Positions 12,910-26,250 of a stretch of DNA of 64,000 nt are shown piece by piece; position 1 is the stretch's first letter; the number at the start of each line of letters is the position of its first letter. The stretch is from Rotaria socialis (taxonomy: Eukaryota): positions 248,001 through 312,000 of the forward strand of contig CAJNYD010000039.1 in assembly GCA_905331295.1 (NCBI GenBank). Direction: 5' to 3'. The notes under the pieces are model-generated. The model worked only from the letters and a program-made list of their open reading frames with translations, did not search any database and was not told where the DNA came from. A program made the translations under genes and the position numbers.

Positions 12910-13411
12910 ACAGTCTATTTTTGAGCATCTATAAAGCATGTGCATGCATGTCAAACATATTTCTTCAGGATGTTTTACGGTAAATGATCTTCGTTTAACT
13001 CATATCCTCTTCGCAACAAACGCTAATTAAAACCCACAAACCATTTTAAAGACTACGTGATGAAAATAAGTTAGTCTAAAATGCCGCAATTTAAGCCTAT
13101 TTGAGTTTATTCTTCTTTTCTGATAATTACTGATGCAGAGTTTGTCTAGTTGCCAAATGAAATGTGTTACACTAGAAAGAATTTAATACGTAGAAACAAT
13201 TAAAGTTTGCTTTATTTTGTCTACTTTTGAATCTTATTTTCCAATCCAGCACGATCAGCTCTATTCAATCATCACAAGAAAAGAGAATATAAATACTGCT
13301 GAAGCTTGGAATCGTAAATTCACCAAACGTATTTTAAATACCTTAAATTCAAAATATATCTGTCTTTTGATGCTATCAATAGCACTCATTTTCAAGTTTT
13401 GGATCCGATGA
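12910..13411 (+). mobile_element. Possible decayed MULE-type transposase fragment
   Basis: FPIQ...NINTAEAWNRKF resembles the MULE C-terminal (R)TNNxxExWNRRF motif. An upstream broken HACQTYF/SGCF resembles the 'GCxFH' region. Heavily disrupted. Confidence 0.35.
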
Positions 13412-16400
13412 TGAGATATTCAGTCGACTTGAAATCTCTAGTCTAATCGAACGAAAAGAAAAGCAGCTTGGTCATTCGACAACGAAAGAGAAAACTGAAT
13501 GTTTCATGTTTCATTGATCTTATCGATGTAAACGAAGTTCATTTTTCTAGTGACCAGTGATTTGGTTCAATTCGAACGAATCCTAGTTTAGTTGTACCAC
13601 TATCAGTGATATTATTGATATAATTGATTGAAGAACTTTTTGAGCGCAGAAAACTATTCAGGTAAGCGCCGGTAGTTTTGTTTTGTAGCAAAAGAATTGT
13701 AGTGATTGGAACAAAAATTAATATAAATCATTGATAAACCAAATATGCATTTTTCATTAAAATGAAATCAATCTTATTCAATAGAATCACTAAAAATCTA
13801 TTCACGCACTAGACAGATTTTTACATATAAAGATTTCTTTTTTTTTTGTCTATATGAATATCAACGAAAAGATATAATAGATGTCCACAAAAGGCTTTGA
13901 TAAAAAAAGTGAATCAATCATTATTATCTGTTTCAATGATCAACGTCGATATAATCGAAACACAAATCACCATTCCATTTCACTTCCTATAATAACTCAT
14001 AATTTTCGACCAATGTCGACATTTTTTCACGTGAACTCGATTTTAGATCGACTCACTGATTTCTTTTTCTTTTTTTTTGTCGAAGTAGAACTTCTCATTA
14101 ACATTCAGCTTTTTTCCGATGTTTATCTATTTGGTATTCATTTTATTTGCACAAATATTTACCATTCGGAAGCATAGTAAAACTAAATATTGATTCTCAT
14201 TTATTTTCTCCTAATGTTCTAAGTGAAATTGTGTCTAATAATCGTTACAAAAGAACACTTTTAAGTCAAAAACAATGTCAATGGTTTTAATTTATATGTT
14301 TTTATTGAATATGTGAAGAAGCAATGAAATACACTGAAGAAAATAAATGCTTTTTTTTCTATATAAACCATGTTATCAGAATAGAGTTGGCCTCTGATTA
14401 TGTTAAATCGTCTGAATTAGTACATAGCCCGAAAGCATTTCTCTTACATAACGAATCACAATAAATAATTTACACAGGTCAACAACTTATGTTTCTACAT
14501 TGAAAATAGTTTCATATAGCTGGAAATTTGTATTACAGATCATTTAATTCAATTATAAGAACAAAATGCTATTGAATAATAATCTTAAATATTCTGCTCA
14601 GTAATGATTATAGTTTCTTTGAACTTCTCTTATTCAATTCAACAAACTGTTATAGTTATTAGAAATTTTTTGTTGTCGAAGAATTGCGAATCTATTTTAA
14701 TGTTTTGCTAAAGTCTAATAAAGTGAGAGTGTTGCCTTACGAACGAGAACCATTTTGGTTGAATCTATATAAACAAATATCAATATTATTTATGCACACT
14801 TTCTACAACAATTAAACACGATCTTAGCGTACACATTAATTGATAGATAGATAGAGAAAGAAGTGATAAAAGCCTTGGGCATGATCGTACACTGATAATT
14901 TAATGGCTTGTTATTGCTAGCGTTTCTTTGGCTTTTTTATGTGATGAAAACGGATGGCGATATGCAAATAAACTAGTTTATCATGAGCCTTGCCGTTGTC
15001 CTTCGATGTTTTTTTTTCTGTGTTTTTTTTTCTTATTGTGATTGTGTTGTGCATCTTCGATGAGTGTTAGCATATCTTATTGCACCCGCGACCATTTCTC
15101 CGCCTCGTTTCCAGCTGTATTCAAGCGTATAAATAAAATTACGACATTTGCCTCATTTTTTTCTTCCGCTATCCTTTTTTCGTTAGAAGGTTTTCAGAAC
15201 TCAAGTGTTTTAATGAGGCGATAATTTTAATAATAACATACAAATTTCAACATATCTATATATATATATATGACAAAAAAGAAATCATTGTTTGAATGCA
15301 AAGTAAAAGGTAAAGATGAAAAGGTGTTTAGTGCCTGTTATATGTGAGATATGTAACTGAAAATATGAACTTTTTTTTACATTGACACAAATTTAGTTAG
15401 ACTTTTAGACCAAATGAGCTCAAAAAAAATCTAATTATGTTAGATAAAGATAATAACCAGCAAGACTGCGTGACAATATATCATAATATGAAAAAAGTGA
15501 CAATAGAAATTGATGAGTGACTCAGTTGAGTCTAGTAAGTTTTGTAGAAGTGATTTTTGCAGGTCGTCTCTCTTTGTCTGTAATAAAAGCGAAGAAAAAT
15601 AATAGAGAGCTATAAACATAGCAAGAAGCTCCTTCGTCCAAGTTTCTATGTCGTCGTTTCGCTTCCTATTTATGATCACCGATTTTCATTTGTTTAATAG
15701 ATGCATGATTTCTTTTCTTTGTCTATCACATATAATGAAGCTGAGCAAAACAAAAGAAAGAAAGAGGCATGGAAACAGGAAACAGTCTTATAAGTAATGC
15801 CTTTTCTGTCATCCTTTCTTTGTATGAATTGAGTTAAGAAGAAATGATGATTGCATATATCAACTTTTTCGACTGACAATATTAATGAACATAGAGAAAC
15901 AAAAAAAAAAGAGCAAATAAAACAATTAGAAGATTAATAGTTGTAAACAAAATAGCAAAGGACAGGTCTATGAAAATAAGTAACTTTATTAATCTATCAA
16001 TCATAGTTACTATGTAGTATAAAAGAAACATCAATAGAATCGTTTCGCATTTTTCTATGAGTATTTTGATTTTTAATTGTTTTTTTTTTCTTCTTCTTCT
16101 TCTCAGTCATATGAATCTCAGCATATCTAGAATGGTTCATCATTGTCATATGGAAGTTTTCAACAGTACTATAAAAATAGAAGAGATAAACGTAGCAGAG
16201 TTTCTGTCTTTTCCCATCTTATTTGTCCGGATCTACATTTTTTGTCTTCTTACATATGAGAGAATTTGCGTCCAATGCTTTTACCCGCCGATCATTGAAT
16301 TTTAGTAAAGCAGCATTAATGTGTCAAAATCATTCGCACGTCATGTTGTTCATTGTATGCCGGCAGTTGTCATTATCAAAGACGGCATTGCTCCGACGAC

Positions 16401-17839
16401 CATCATCTTTCATGAAAATTGGTCCCATAGAACTATATAAATTCGATTAGATACAGCATAGACGAACGAACGCATGTTAGACGAGTCAAGGGAGTGAACG
16501 GGATTCGACTATATATGAGAACAAGCAAGACTTTCTGAGAAGGATGGCATTTTGCTTGATGGCGCGTCATTCACTCGTACACACTTTCGATAATCATATA
16601 AATGTTTTTTGCATCAGTGATCATAAGAACAACAGTATACTCAAATTTCTTTTAAAGATAGGTTCGTCTGTTTGAGTAGTGATTATACATTATTGATTTT
16701 CTTTAAAAACATTCTTATAGCTATTGAACTTTTTTCGATGATGTGAACTATTCGACATATTCATTTCTAATCAAGAGTAGAGAAGAAAAGATATCGACCA
16801 TAAAGATCACAATCTATGTAGAATTTCTTCTTTTTTTAATTTTATGTAATGAAAATACTTAGTTTCGAAATGTTTACAGTTGACTGTCAAATGATTTTCT
16901 TTTATTTAATAACAAATAGAAGAGAGAGAGAGAGAGAGAGTAACATTTAAGCGAATTAATATGCCTCATTTCTAATTCAAATTTTACAAGAGGGGAACGA
17001 TACGTGTACAGCAGAGTGTAATTGCATTTTCTACCATAAATAAACTTTCTTGTTTCGTTTAGAAAATTCTGTTTTACTTTTATCTTTTGTACACTGATTA
17101 TTCGTGACATCCAAGCATTAGAATATGATTTCTTAAGACATGAAAACAAGCATCACGTTTTTACATTCATTTACATTAAAATTTTCAAAAACAAGGCTAC
17201 AGATAAGTTTATTCGGAGGCATATTGATGTAAAACTAAAGATAATCGATTATAATATGTAGCGAACAATAAAAACGACCCTTTACATTTTTAATGCGTAG
17301 TTTGATTACAACTTGTTTTCTTCTCCGTGTATGTGTGTTTTAATAGATCCAAGCTTATGTCTGCTTATTCATACATTTTCCACACATGTCATGTTGTCTA
17401 ATGCCCTTCATATCCATGTACTCTTCCTATCCTTCAATTCGCGTTTATTTGTGCATACTAGTTCCATTAATCAAAAGCCGTCTTCTTGCTTTATAAGAGA
17501 CTCTTACTTATTCTCTTGTAATAGGGAGAGAAAATTACAAGAAGCAAAGGCAAAATAAATAAATAATAAATACTGTACTATTACCGATAGTACATGAATA
17601 CATCTAATTAGTGAGTAAAAGATGGAAAATGAAACAGAAGAACAAAACAATATGAATATATAGCGCTATAGAACAGACATCATTGAATTAGTAACTTTTT
17701 TCTTTTCTACTGAACTTTAATGGGTGCTTCCAAACGATGAGAAAAGACATTGTCGGTTGATCAAATATTAGCTGTGTGGCGAACAACAATGCTTTCTTCG
17801 CTCCCTCTTATATCTCTCTTACACACACTCTGTGCCTCT

Positions 17840-17910
17840 CCCTCCCTCTCTCTCTCTCTCCCTATATATATCTATATATATAGACATATATATATATATA
17901 TATATTTGTA

Positions 17911-17941
<31 letters not shown>

Positions 17942-17942
17942 T
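17840..17942. repeat. (CT)n followed by imperfect (TA)n microsatellite upstream of the NMDA receptor gene
   Basis: ctctctctctctc followed by tatatatatc/tatatata runs. Confidence 0.9.
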
Positions 17943-18289
17943 CTATTGATGTGATCGGTTCGGAGATGTAGAACAACATAGTGAGAGACAGATAGAAATT
18001 GAAGGCGGATCGAGAAAAAAACCGAGTAGACTCGATTTTATTAACATCTTGTCGTCGAGATTCATGACCATGTTCACGATACTCTTATTCTTATTCTTTT
18101 TTTTTTATTCTTGTTGTAGTTGTTCCACACTAGCGCTCTATCGTTACCGAATGTAAAGTCGCTGTTGCCATCGTCGCCAACGCTACTGCTGCCTTTGGTT
18201 TCCGACTACACAACCACTGCTGTCATTGTCCCGATGCCGCCGTCTGTGTTGCATCCAATAATTTGTTCATCGAATATTCGACGACGATT

Positions 18290-21200
18290 ATGCTCGATTA
18301 TGTTCGTCAACGGCCATCGCCGACAATATCACTGTCATCATTATCATTTTTATTTATTCGTTTATTAGTTATATTTTTTATGTTTTTTAATTTATTTTCA
18401 CTTTGTCTACATGACATTGATACGAAACCTATTGAAAAACATTCGTTAAAGACAATATTTCAATTACGAAATACACGAACAGTAAATCAACCGCAAAAGA
18501 AATTCCTACGTATTATTTATTTTCGCGAATTTGATATGACTATACATGAAACTCGTTTAAAATCCGATGTGAAAAATTTAACAGAATCACATGACATTGA
18601 TTTTAAATTAAATATTCTCGATCAATCACGATCATTTTCCATTGCAAAACTATGTTCAATAATATCCGAAGAACGACGAGATACCATTTTAATTGCCGAT
18701 TTATATACAAAAGAAATCGATTTAATTTCTCGTTCGCTTAAAATACCTACAATAGCCATTACAAATCGTTATCAAATTGTTCAAGGAAAACTAGTAAGAT
18801 TTTAAAACGAGAACGATTTCGTTTTCTTTCTTGTTTTTGTATACGTAGAAGACTATCTTTAACACAAAATCATACATAGCTGAATGGGTTATATTCATGA
18901 TTTGACTGAAGTTTTTCTTTCTAAACCTTATTTGCATTTAATTTTATCGCTAAGAAAGATTCAATTCATATAAAAACGAACTATTTTATGTATTTTTAGC
19001 ATAATCCTTATCTGTTTAAATTGATGCCCGATGCAATCGAAGAAGCAAAAACAGTAGCATATACGATTGATAGTCGTTCAGTTTATACTCGTATTGGTAA
19101 AGAATTTTATTTTCATTGTCAAATAAAATTCTTTTGTTTATTTCTTTTTCTTAGCATTAATCTATGATGTATCACTTGATATGGTTGAATTTCGTTTATC
19201 CTATCTTCGTCTTGCTAAACAACATATTGTCTATCGAGCACTGTTGCCACGTATATCATTTTCACATGAATTCAATCATGCAGCACATACAATTATATAT
19301 GATTTAGCACGTATTGATATTCATCTTATTCTATGTATCATGTCAACTGAACGCGAAACACAATTTGTTCGTTTAATAAAAGAATTTAGTTCAACACCAA
19401 TAAAACAATTATTGTTAAATCGAACAAGTTGGTGGTTTGCTTCTCGTCTCGATGAAATGCACGAGTTAAATTATTTTCCAAAAATTTTTACTGCAAGTGA
19501 AGATCGTCGACGAACATTAAGTAATTTTTCAAGTACCAGCATGAAAATATTATTGAATGCTGTTTTAAAAACATATATACGTTTACCAGATGCATCAGCA
19601 ATATCGTCATTGTTGATTGGTTCGCCTACCTGTGATAGTCGACTGAATCAACAGCAACTACGAAAGACGCACATGTTTATCAAGTAAGTTTAAAGAAATA
19701 AAATTAACTTAATCGTTAGATTTAGTTCGTTGTCTTATGAAAGAATTCGTCAAGTATTTAATAGGCTTTACTAACCATATATCGTTTGAATCTAAGTCTA
19801 TCGAATAGTTCAATTTGAAAAGACAATTAATTTAATTGTATTCTGATAAAAAGTGTCATTTATTCATATCATCGTACTATTGAACGAGTTTAACTTTGCA
19901 TTCTAACAATTTCAGTAGATCACAATCGCAAATTGTTGCGAATTATAAAAGATAGCATTAAATGAAATATCAATGAAAAATGCATAGTATTCTCAATAGA
20001 CCGCTAGCTCATAATTATAAAGTGTGTTTCTATGAGTACAAACAATAGAGAACACAGAATTCTCGATGGAGTTAACTTTCGATTAAGTGATACAATGAGA
20101 TGATTACTATGAAAATAATGATCATTCTCAAGCCTGATGATCTGCAAATGCTGAGAAATCTTTGGAAAATACCCTCAAGATCGGCATAGATCATTAATTG
20201 TCATCAAAAGAATACAAAATTCTCCGTATCAACTTTGCAGTCGACATTTTTATAAGTAAATAATCGAGATCAAACGAATTTCGATTCATCTTGAGAGAGT
20301 AATGAAAAATTAAACAGTGAAAAAGAAACAATTAAAAAAACAACAGATGTCTGAAGTTAAAAGTATATCTTTGTGAGAACATAAGAAGTCATAAAATATT
20401 CTTTTTACTGCAACTCTTTGAACTTGAGTCAGAATCTTTTCTATAGTGTATAAATACAGATAAAATATTTTATCTAGAAATAGTTCGAATGTTACATGAT
20501 GATAATATGAAAATTTGAGACCATTCTATAATGTTCTAAATTTTATGGTGATATAGAGTTTTGTGTATATATATATGTATAAGAAGATCAATAAATACGC
20601 ATCATATTCAACCGGAAGACTGAATAAAGTGTTAGTAAATTGAAAGTAGAATTGGGAAGGCGAGTTTCGTCCGGAACTAGAAAAATCCGGCTTTCACGCT
20701 TGCTCGATTTCTGAAGGTTTTCCGGTCGGAAATAACGTCTTTCCGACGAAGAAGTTCATGGACTTCGGGGACCGAAGTTATTGGCCTAACTCTAAGACTA
20801 CTGAAAACTTTCTAGTAAAATATTCATGATTCGACTTGTTCAGCTCATGAAAATGAATCCTATTAGAGCGTTGCTAGTAGTTTCACGCAAAAGTCTTTAC
20901 TGGCCTGCTATGACCTCAAACAATTGAAAACTCAGAGATTTAATTTCAGTATTTGTTTGTCTTCAAATACTTTCTGATTGAGAATCTTAATGTCGTAAAT
21001 ACAACCAGTGATATTATACATTTGAAAACTTATCTAGTAATATTAACTAAACGTACGTAGTATAAAAGCTTTTTTTATTTTATTATTCAAAGACTATTCA
21101 CTAATTTTACTGAATGGAATTGTGACATTCGAGTTGGTTCTGGTGTTGATCCAATACTATTCGAACCAAAAACTCTTGTATGGCGTGTTCCAACGATGTT

Positions 21201-24200
21201 TATGGTAAATATTGATTTTCGTCCAATCATTTTTCTAATTCAACTCATTCAGGTACATACGGAACATTTATGTCGTGGTATGCTTACACGTCTGTTTTAC
21301 ACAGCCAATACCAATGCAGATCAATTCTTTCGTTCATGTCGTTCAACAAATTTAGCGTCACGTAAAAGTTCATCGTCTCCACCAGACAATACAACAACAA
21401 GTTTATCGACAACATTTTCAAATGCTCTTGTTGATATGAATGGTTTCCTTAAAATGTTCGGTAAACTATGGGATGATTCAACAAGAGAATGCCGTTTTGT
21501 ACGCATTCTTACACACGCGTCAGCACCGATTGTTGTCGGTGTTGTTGAACCACCGTATGTGTTTGTGTCAGATGCTCAGATTTCATCAGAATTTCATTGC
21601 AATTATGGTATACCATGTTATCAAATCGATCCACCATTAACAAATATGTCAATGGATCCATTTATTTTTCAGTCGATAACTTTTGCACCACCACATTGTT
21701 GCTATGGAATATCCATTAATTTACTATTACGTATGGAAGATTCGAATTCAGTTTTAGCATTGAAAACAAGAAGGCTATTTGTTTATTCGGACAAACCAAA
21801 TAAATGGGTAGCATTAACAAAAGCCTTAGAGGATCGCCGAGCACATTTATCAATATCGGCTATTCCATATGAATCATTTCTAGCACGTTCAATTGATTTA
21901 AGCCCACCATTTTATCATTCATCCTATGTTATATTTACTGCACCAGCACCAACACGACCATCACTTGGCGTTTTTCTGCAACCATTTTCATGGACAACAT
22001 GGCTAATGATATTCCTCGTACTTAATTGTGCTGCTTTATTTGAAACATTTTTTGAATGGCATAGTCCTTACGGGTAAAAATAAATACACAAACAAACAAA
22101 AAAAAAGAATATCATTTACTATGTAGTGAAAATTTATTTTTTGTAGTTTAACACCAAAAGGTCGTCGAAGACAGAAAGTCTTTAGTTTAGCATCAGCATT
22201 GACGCTAACTTGGTCAATTGTATTCTCACATACATTTAAAACGAAATCTCCTAAATGTTGGTCCAATCGATTTTTAGGAAATGTAAGTTTTCGAAGGGAA
22301 AATTTTCTTTTAATATTTCATAAGTATGTATAGGTATGGGGTGGATTTGGTATTGTGTTTATTGCTATTTATACGGCTAAATTAGCTGCTTTTATGGTTG
22401 AAATTGCCGAAACACAAACAGCTACGAATGTTCAAGGCATCGTCGTAAGTATAAATAAAATCATAGCTAGATGAATAATCAATAGATGATAGACTCATAA
22501 TATTAACCAAATCGTTTTTTCCATCTATCTATCTATCTATGTAACCATTTGGTGATGGAAAGAATGGATCGCGTCATTAAACAGATTTGTTTGAATATCG
22601 CTTGCGAGAAAGACAGTCAACAGTAGTTAGAAGTTTTTTTTTGCAATCATGGTAATATGACCTTGATATAGTAATTTGTCTTAAATTTCGAGCTAAAGAT
22701 TTACTATAATCGAACGTTTAAGATGTTTGCTTAACATTGAAAAGAAGAATTGATTAGATGTCTTGAAAATCAGCTTAGCGGATAGTACAAATATTGTCAT
22801 TTTAGCCACAAGTCATATTTCCAAAGTTGTGATGATTCTTTCTTCGTCGAACTGCGCACGATTTACGATAAGCATCAAACTGATTTGTTTCTTATCATTT
22901 TTCAGTTTCCTGTTTTGCGCTGCGGGGTCCTCCGATGATAGAGTGCAGTTGAATGAGCAGAGGTTATTGTGAGCTCGGAAATTTCTTATTTCACTTGGAA
23001 TTGTTCACGCTGTTAAATAAACATACTACACTCAAAGCGTTTCCAATTGAATTGAGAAAAGTGATTTTTCGAGGCGCGACTTATCCAGCGGCTATTCCCT
23101 TCTTAAATATCGGGTGGCCCAGGTTAAATATCCCTCTCAGTGTTTTTTCAATAACTTCATCATTTTCATTTTCTAGGCCTTAGTTTTTCCCCCAAAAGAT
23201 TTGCCATTCAATTCTCTAGAAGATTGAGATTACAATTTTTTTCTGTTGAAAGTTGAGGAAAAAAATTATAAAAACAATATTCAACAAGTATAACAGCATC
23301 AACTTTCAAAGTGATTTTTAAAACAAACTTTTTCAAATTTTTTTACAATGGCACACGAAACGAAACAGAAGCAAAGATGTTACTGAGTACTTTGAAATGT
23401 ACTATTTCTCGTCGTGCAGCTCAAGACTCGTTGAAATCAAACGGAAGATCGAGAACGCTGACTGTTTAAAAATTCTCTTCAAAATAGTTTAAATCAGATA
23501 TTTGACGCTAGCTGAATTAAAGAAAAACAACTAAAACTCAAGTTTCGCGCTTGACTTTGATACAGTAGGCCATTTCGATCAAAATGGGGAAAAAACGAAT
23601 GCAAAAAATGATATTTTGATTTATTTGCGCTTCTCTTCCTCGGAATATCGAAATTGTAGATTGAAAGAGCTAAATTCTCGCAAATCTGAAAGAGAAGATA
23701 CTTACAGTGTGCATTACATGGTTGAATGTGGACATTTTTCAATTATGATTGGAAGATAGAGCTTTTCAAAGACTGCAAAATACCTACATTTTTTAATTTT
23801 TATCGTCACTGACCAATGAAAAAATCTGCAGAAACTATTTTCCCGCTTTGAAAGTTGATAAATACTATACTTGCTGAATATTGTTTTTATAATTTTTTTC
23901 ATCAACTTTCAACAGAAAAAATTGTAATATCAATCTTCTAGAGAATTGAATGGCAAATCTTTTGGGGGAAAAAACTAAGGCCTAGAAAATGAAAGTGATG
24001 AAGTTATTGAAAAAACATAGAGAGGGACATTTAACCTGGCCCATCCGATATTTTATAGTAACCGAAAAAAAAGTTTCTTTATAGAAAATTATGTTTGCTA
24101 TACGAATCGTTAATTCAATTTGTACCACTTATCTATGTTAATAAAAGATTGCATTCACATTAGATCGTCATGCAGAGAAACTTGATTTTTCGACATATAT

Positions 24201-26025
24201 ACATAAGGACCACTTTTTTTTCTTGCTTGTTTTTGAAAGTCGATACCAATAGCCATTCAATAGTTCTAGAGAGACAGCTGACGGTTATTTATCTCGGATA
24301 ATTGGTCCGATTGCAGGTTGCCTACGTTGTTACATGCATCTGTTCTTCGGACGTGTTAGTATATATGAAATGTTCTGCGTCAGGCTAGTTATTCTTTCTT
24401 CTAAGATGGTTATATCGAATGAAAGACTAAAGTCCATTGATATCTTGACAAAGTTCGCCATCTATATCAAAAGACCTTTCATTGTTAATTCATTCTGCGT
24501 TCACGAAATGAGGCGAATGTTATTTCCTGATTTTTCGAATTCGAGAGCTAACTGATTAAACGTCGGAAATTGCTTTTATTTACAAATATTTATTAATCTG
24601 AATATGTATGTATAACCTAATGAGGATGAGATTGGATTGATTCTTTCTCTTTCCGATCGACGAGACCATTTCAAGCTGAGAACTAAATTAGTGAAGAGTA
24701 TACTTGTTTTTCGGAATTTAAGAATCTCTTTTACATGAAAAAGATTTCGTCGTCATGTTTTATTAAATTGAGTTGTTCTGAAGATATTTATGCAAGGGCC
24801 ATTATTCTTTTATCTAAGGATGAATGTCGTAAAACAGCCCAATGTAGTATTGGCGTTGTTGCAAATACAAGTGATGAAGAATATATTAAAAGATTTTTTA
24901 CAAATTCACTTTATACTCATATGCAATATGTTTCATCCTATGCACATGGCATTGAATTACTTCGTGCTCGTTCCATAACTTATTTACTTATGGATCATTC
25001 AATGGCACGTTACTATTTAACACGTGAAGTTTTCAAATCAATTCGTATCAGTGGTGATAATTTTGGAGCATTTGGTTTAGCATTAGGCTTTTCAAAATTT
25101 GATCAAGAATTAAAAAACAATATAACAAATATTCTACTATCTTATGTTGATAAAGGTTAGAAATTGAAAAAAAAGAGGCTCTTGAATTATCTTTAAAAAT
25201 TTTTAATTCGAAAATTTTTAATAATAGGTATTATTCAACGCTTACATGATGATTGGTATGTTTATGAAAATTGCGAAATTAAACGATTAAATGAGGTAGA
25301 TATATTCATTTTTGTAACGGTGACTAAAGCAAAAAAATTCTTCAATCAATTTTGTTTTTCTCTAGAATCGAATGTTATCAGTCGATCGGTTTATTGGTGT
25401 ATTTATACTACTTGCTGGTGGTATGATAGTTGGATTAATAACACTTCTATTAGAATGGCTTACATTTAAATATGCTGTGCCATATTGGCGAAGACGACAA
25501 TGGCCCGGTTGGATGTTTTGTTCACAAGTAAGAGAAAAAAGGTTTAAGCAAAAAAAAACCTTACGTAACTTTCGTTTGTTTTGTTTTGTCTAGCGTTTGT
25601 ACGCCACACTAAATGCATCGGATGAAGTCTATACTGAAGGTTATCATCCATCAAAGAGTCAATCATCTCGATGTGTTGGAGAACGGTTTGTTTGTTTGTT
25701 TTAACCGTTTGATTTTTTCTATTCCCCAAGATGGGTTTTTGTCATTATTAGTCTTCATAATTATTCAACTCGAAGTGACAGTCTTGATCTACGTGTTGTT
25801 GATGTTCCGAAATTATTATGTACAACCTATCAACTTAAAGAACAAATGCATAAAATAAATGAACAACAACCGATACCATTATTACCTCCGAATGGTATTC
25901 TAAGTTGTGCACCGACGATAAAAGAAGAAGACGAGGAACAAGAATTAATTCGAACACGTATTAAAGAACTTGAACAAGAATTAAATCATTTAAAACTACA
26001 AGTATCAATATTCGATAAGACTTAA
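18290..26025 (+). CDS. GRIN3: NMDA-type ionotropic glutamate receptor subunit, GluN3-like (about 1087 aa, 12 exons)
   Basis: Exons: 18290-18793, 19000-19096, 19155-19683, 21093-21204, 21253-22073, 22147-22282, 22334-22444, 24819-25155, 25228-25295, 25366-25527, 25594-25685, 25731(or 25752)-26025; all GT-AG and phase-consistent. It has a signal peptide. [26 protein letters not shown]...KSPKCWSNRFLGNVW closely follows GluN3 ([25 protein letters not shown]...KPPKCWTGRFLMNLW). The post-M4 SQRLYATLN and a C-terminal coiled coil also match GluN3. Confidence 0.88.
20605..20790. repeat. GC-richer CCGG/TTCCG-containing segment in intron 3, probably a decayed MITE
   Basis: Repeated ACCGGAA, TCCGGAA, TTCCGGTCGGAA and TTTCCGAC motifs in AT-rich context. 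No intact TIR pair found. Confidence 0.3.
23110..24048. mobile_element. Non-autonomous Tc1/mariner-like element with about 190-bp TIRs, in intron 7 of the GluN3-like gene
   Basis: TA|TCGGGTGGCCCAGGTTAAAT... and ...ATTTAACCTGGCCCATCCGA|TA. The arms (about 23110-23292 and 23867-24048) are reverse complements with few mismatches. The interior has transposase-like scraps (NGRSRT; VGHFDQ). Confidence 0.85.
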
Positions 26026-26209
26026 ACACTGTTTTATTTGTTTTCTTTTTTTTTCGAAACTTTATTTTTGGTGCTATATTTGTGTGCATTGACGCAATTT
26101 TTAGTTGTGTAGATGTCTGTTGTTTTTGTTCCATCATCACCTCATCATACATACACAGTTGTCTTGGTAATCGATCAGATGAATTTTATTTTATTTTACC
26201 ATATGAAGT

Positions 26210-26250
26210 TTCTTTTTCTTTTCTTTTCTTTTCTTTTCTTTTCTTTTCTT
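26210..26250. repeat. (TTTTC)n microsatellite
   Basis: About 7 tandem TTTTC units. Confidence 0.9.

Noticed and set aside
13881..17971. Many 60-100 aa ORFs in the ORF track here and in 33-35 kb and 56-57 kb
   Set aside because: Low-complexity F/L/I/K-rich translations of AT-rich non-coding DNA and microsatellites, often with non-ATG starts and no splice support.
22900..22990. GC-richer intronic segment as a possible ncRNA
   Set aside because: No tRNA, snRNA, snoRNA or SL RNA hallmark could be identified.
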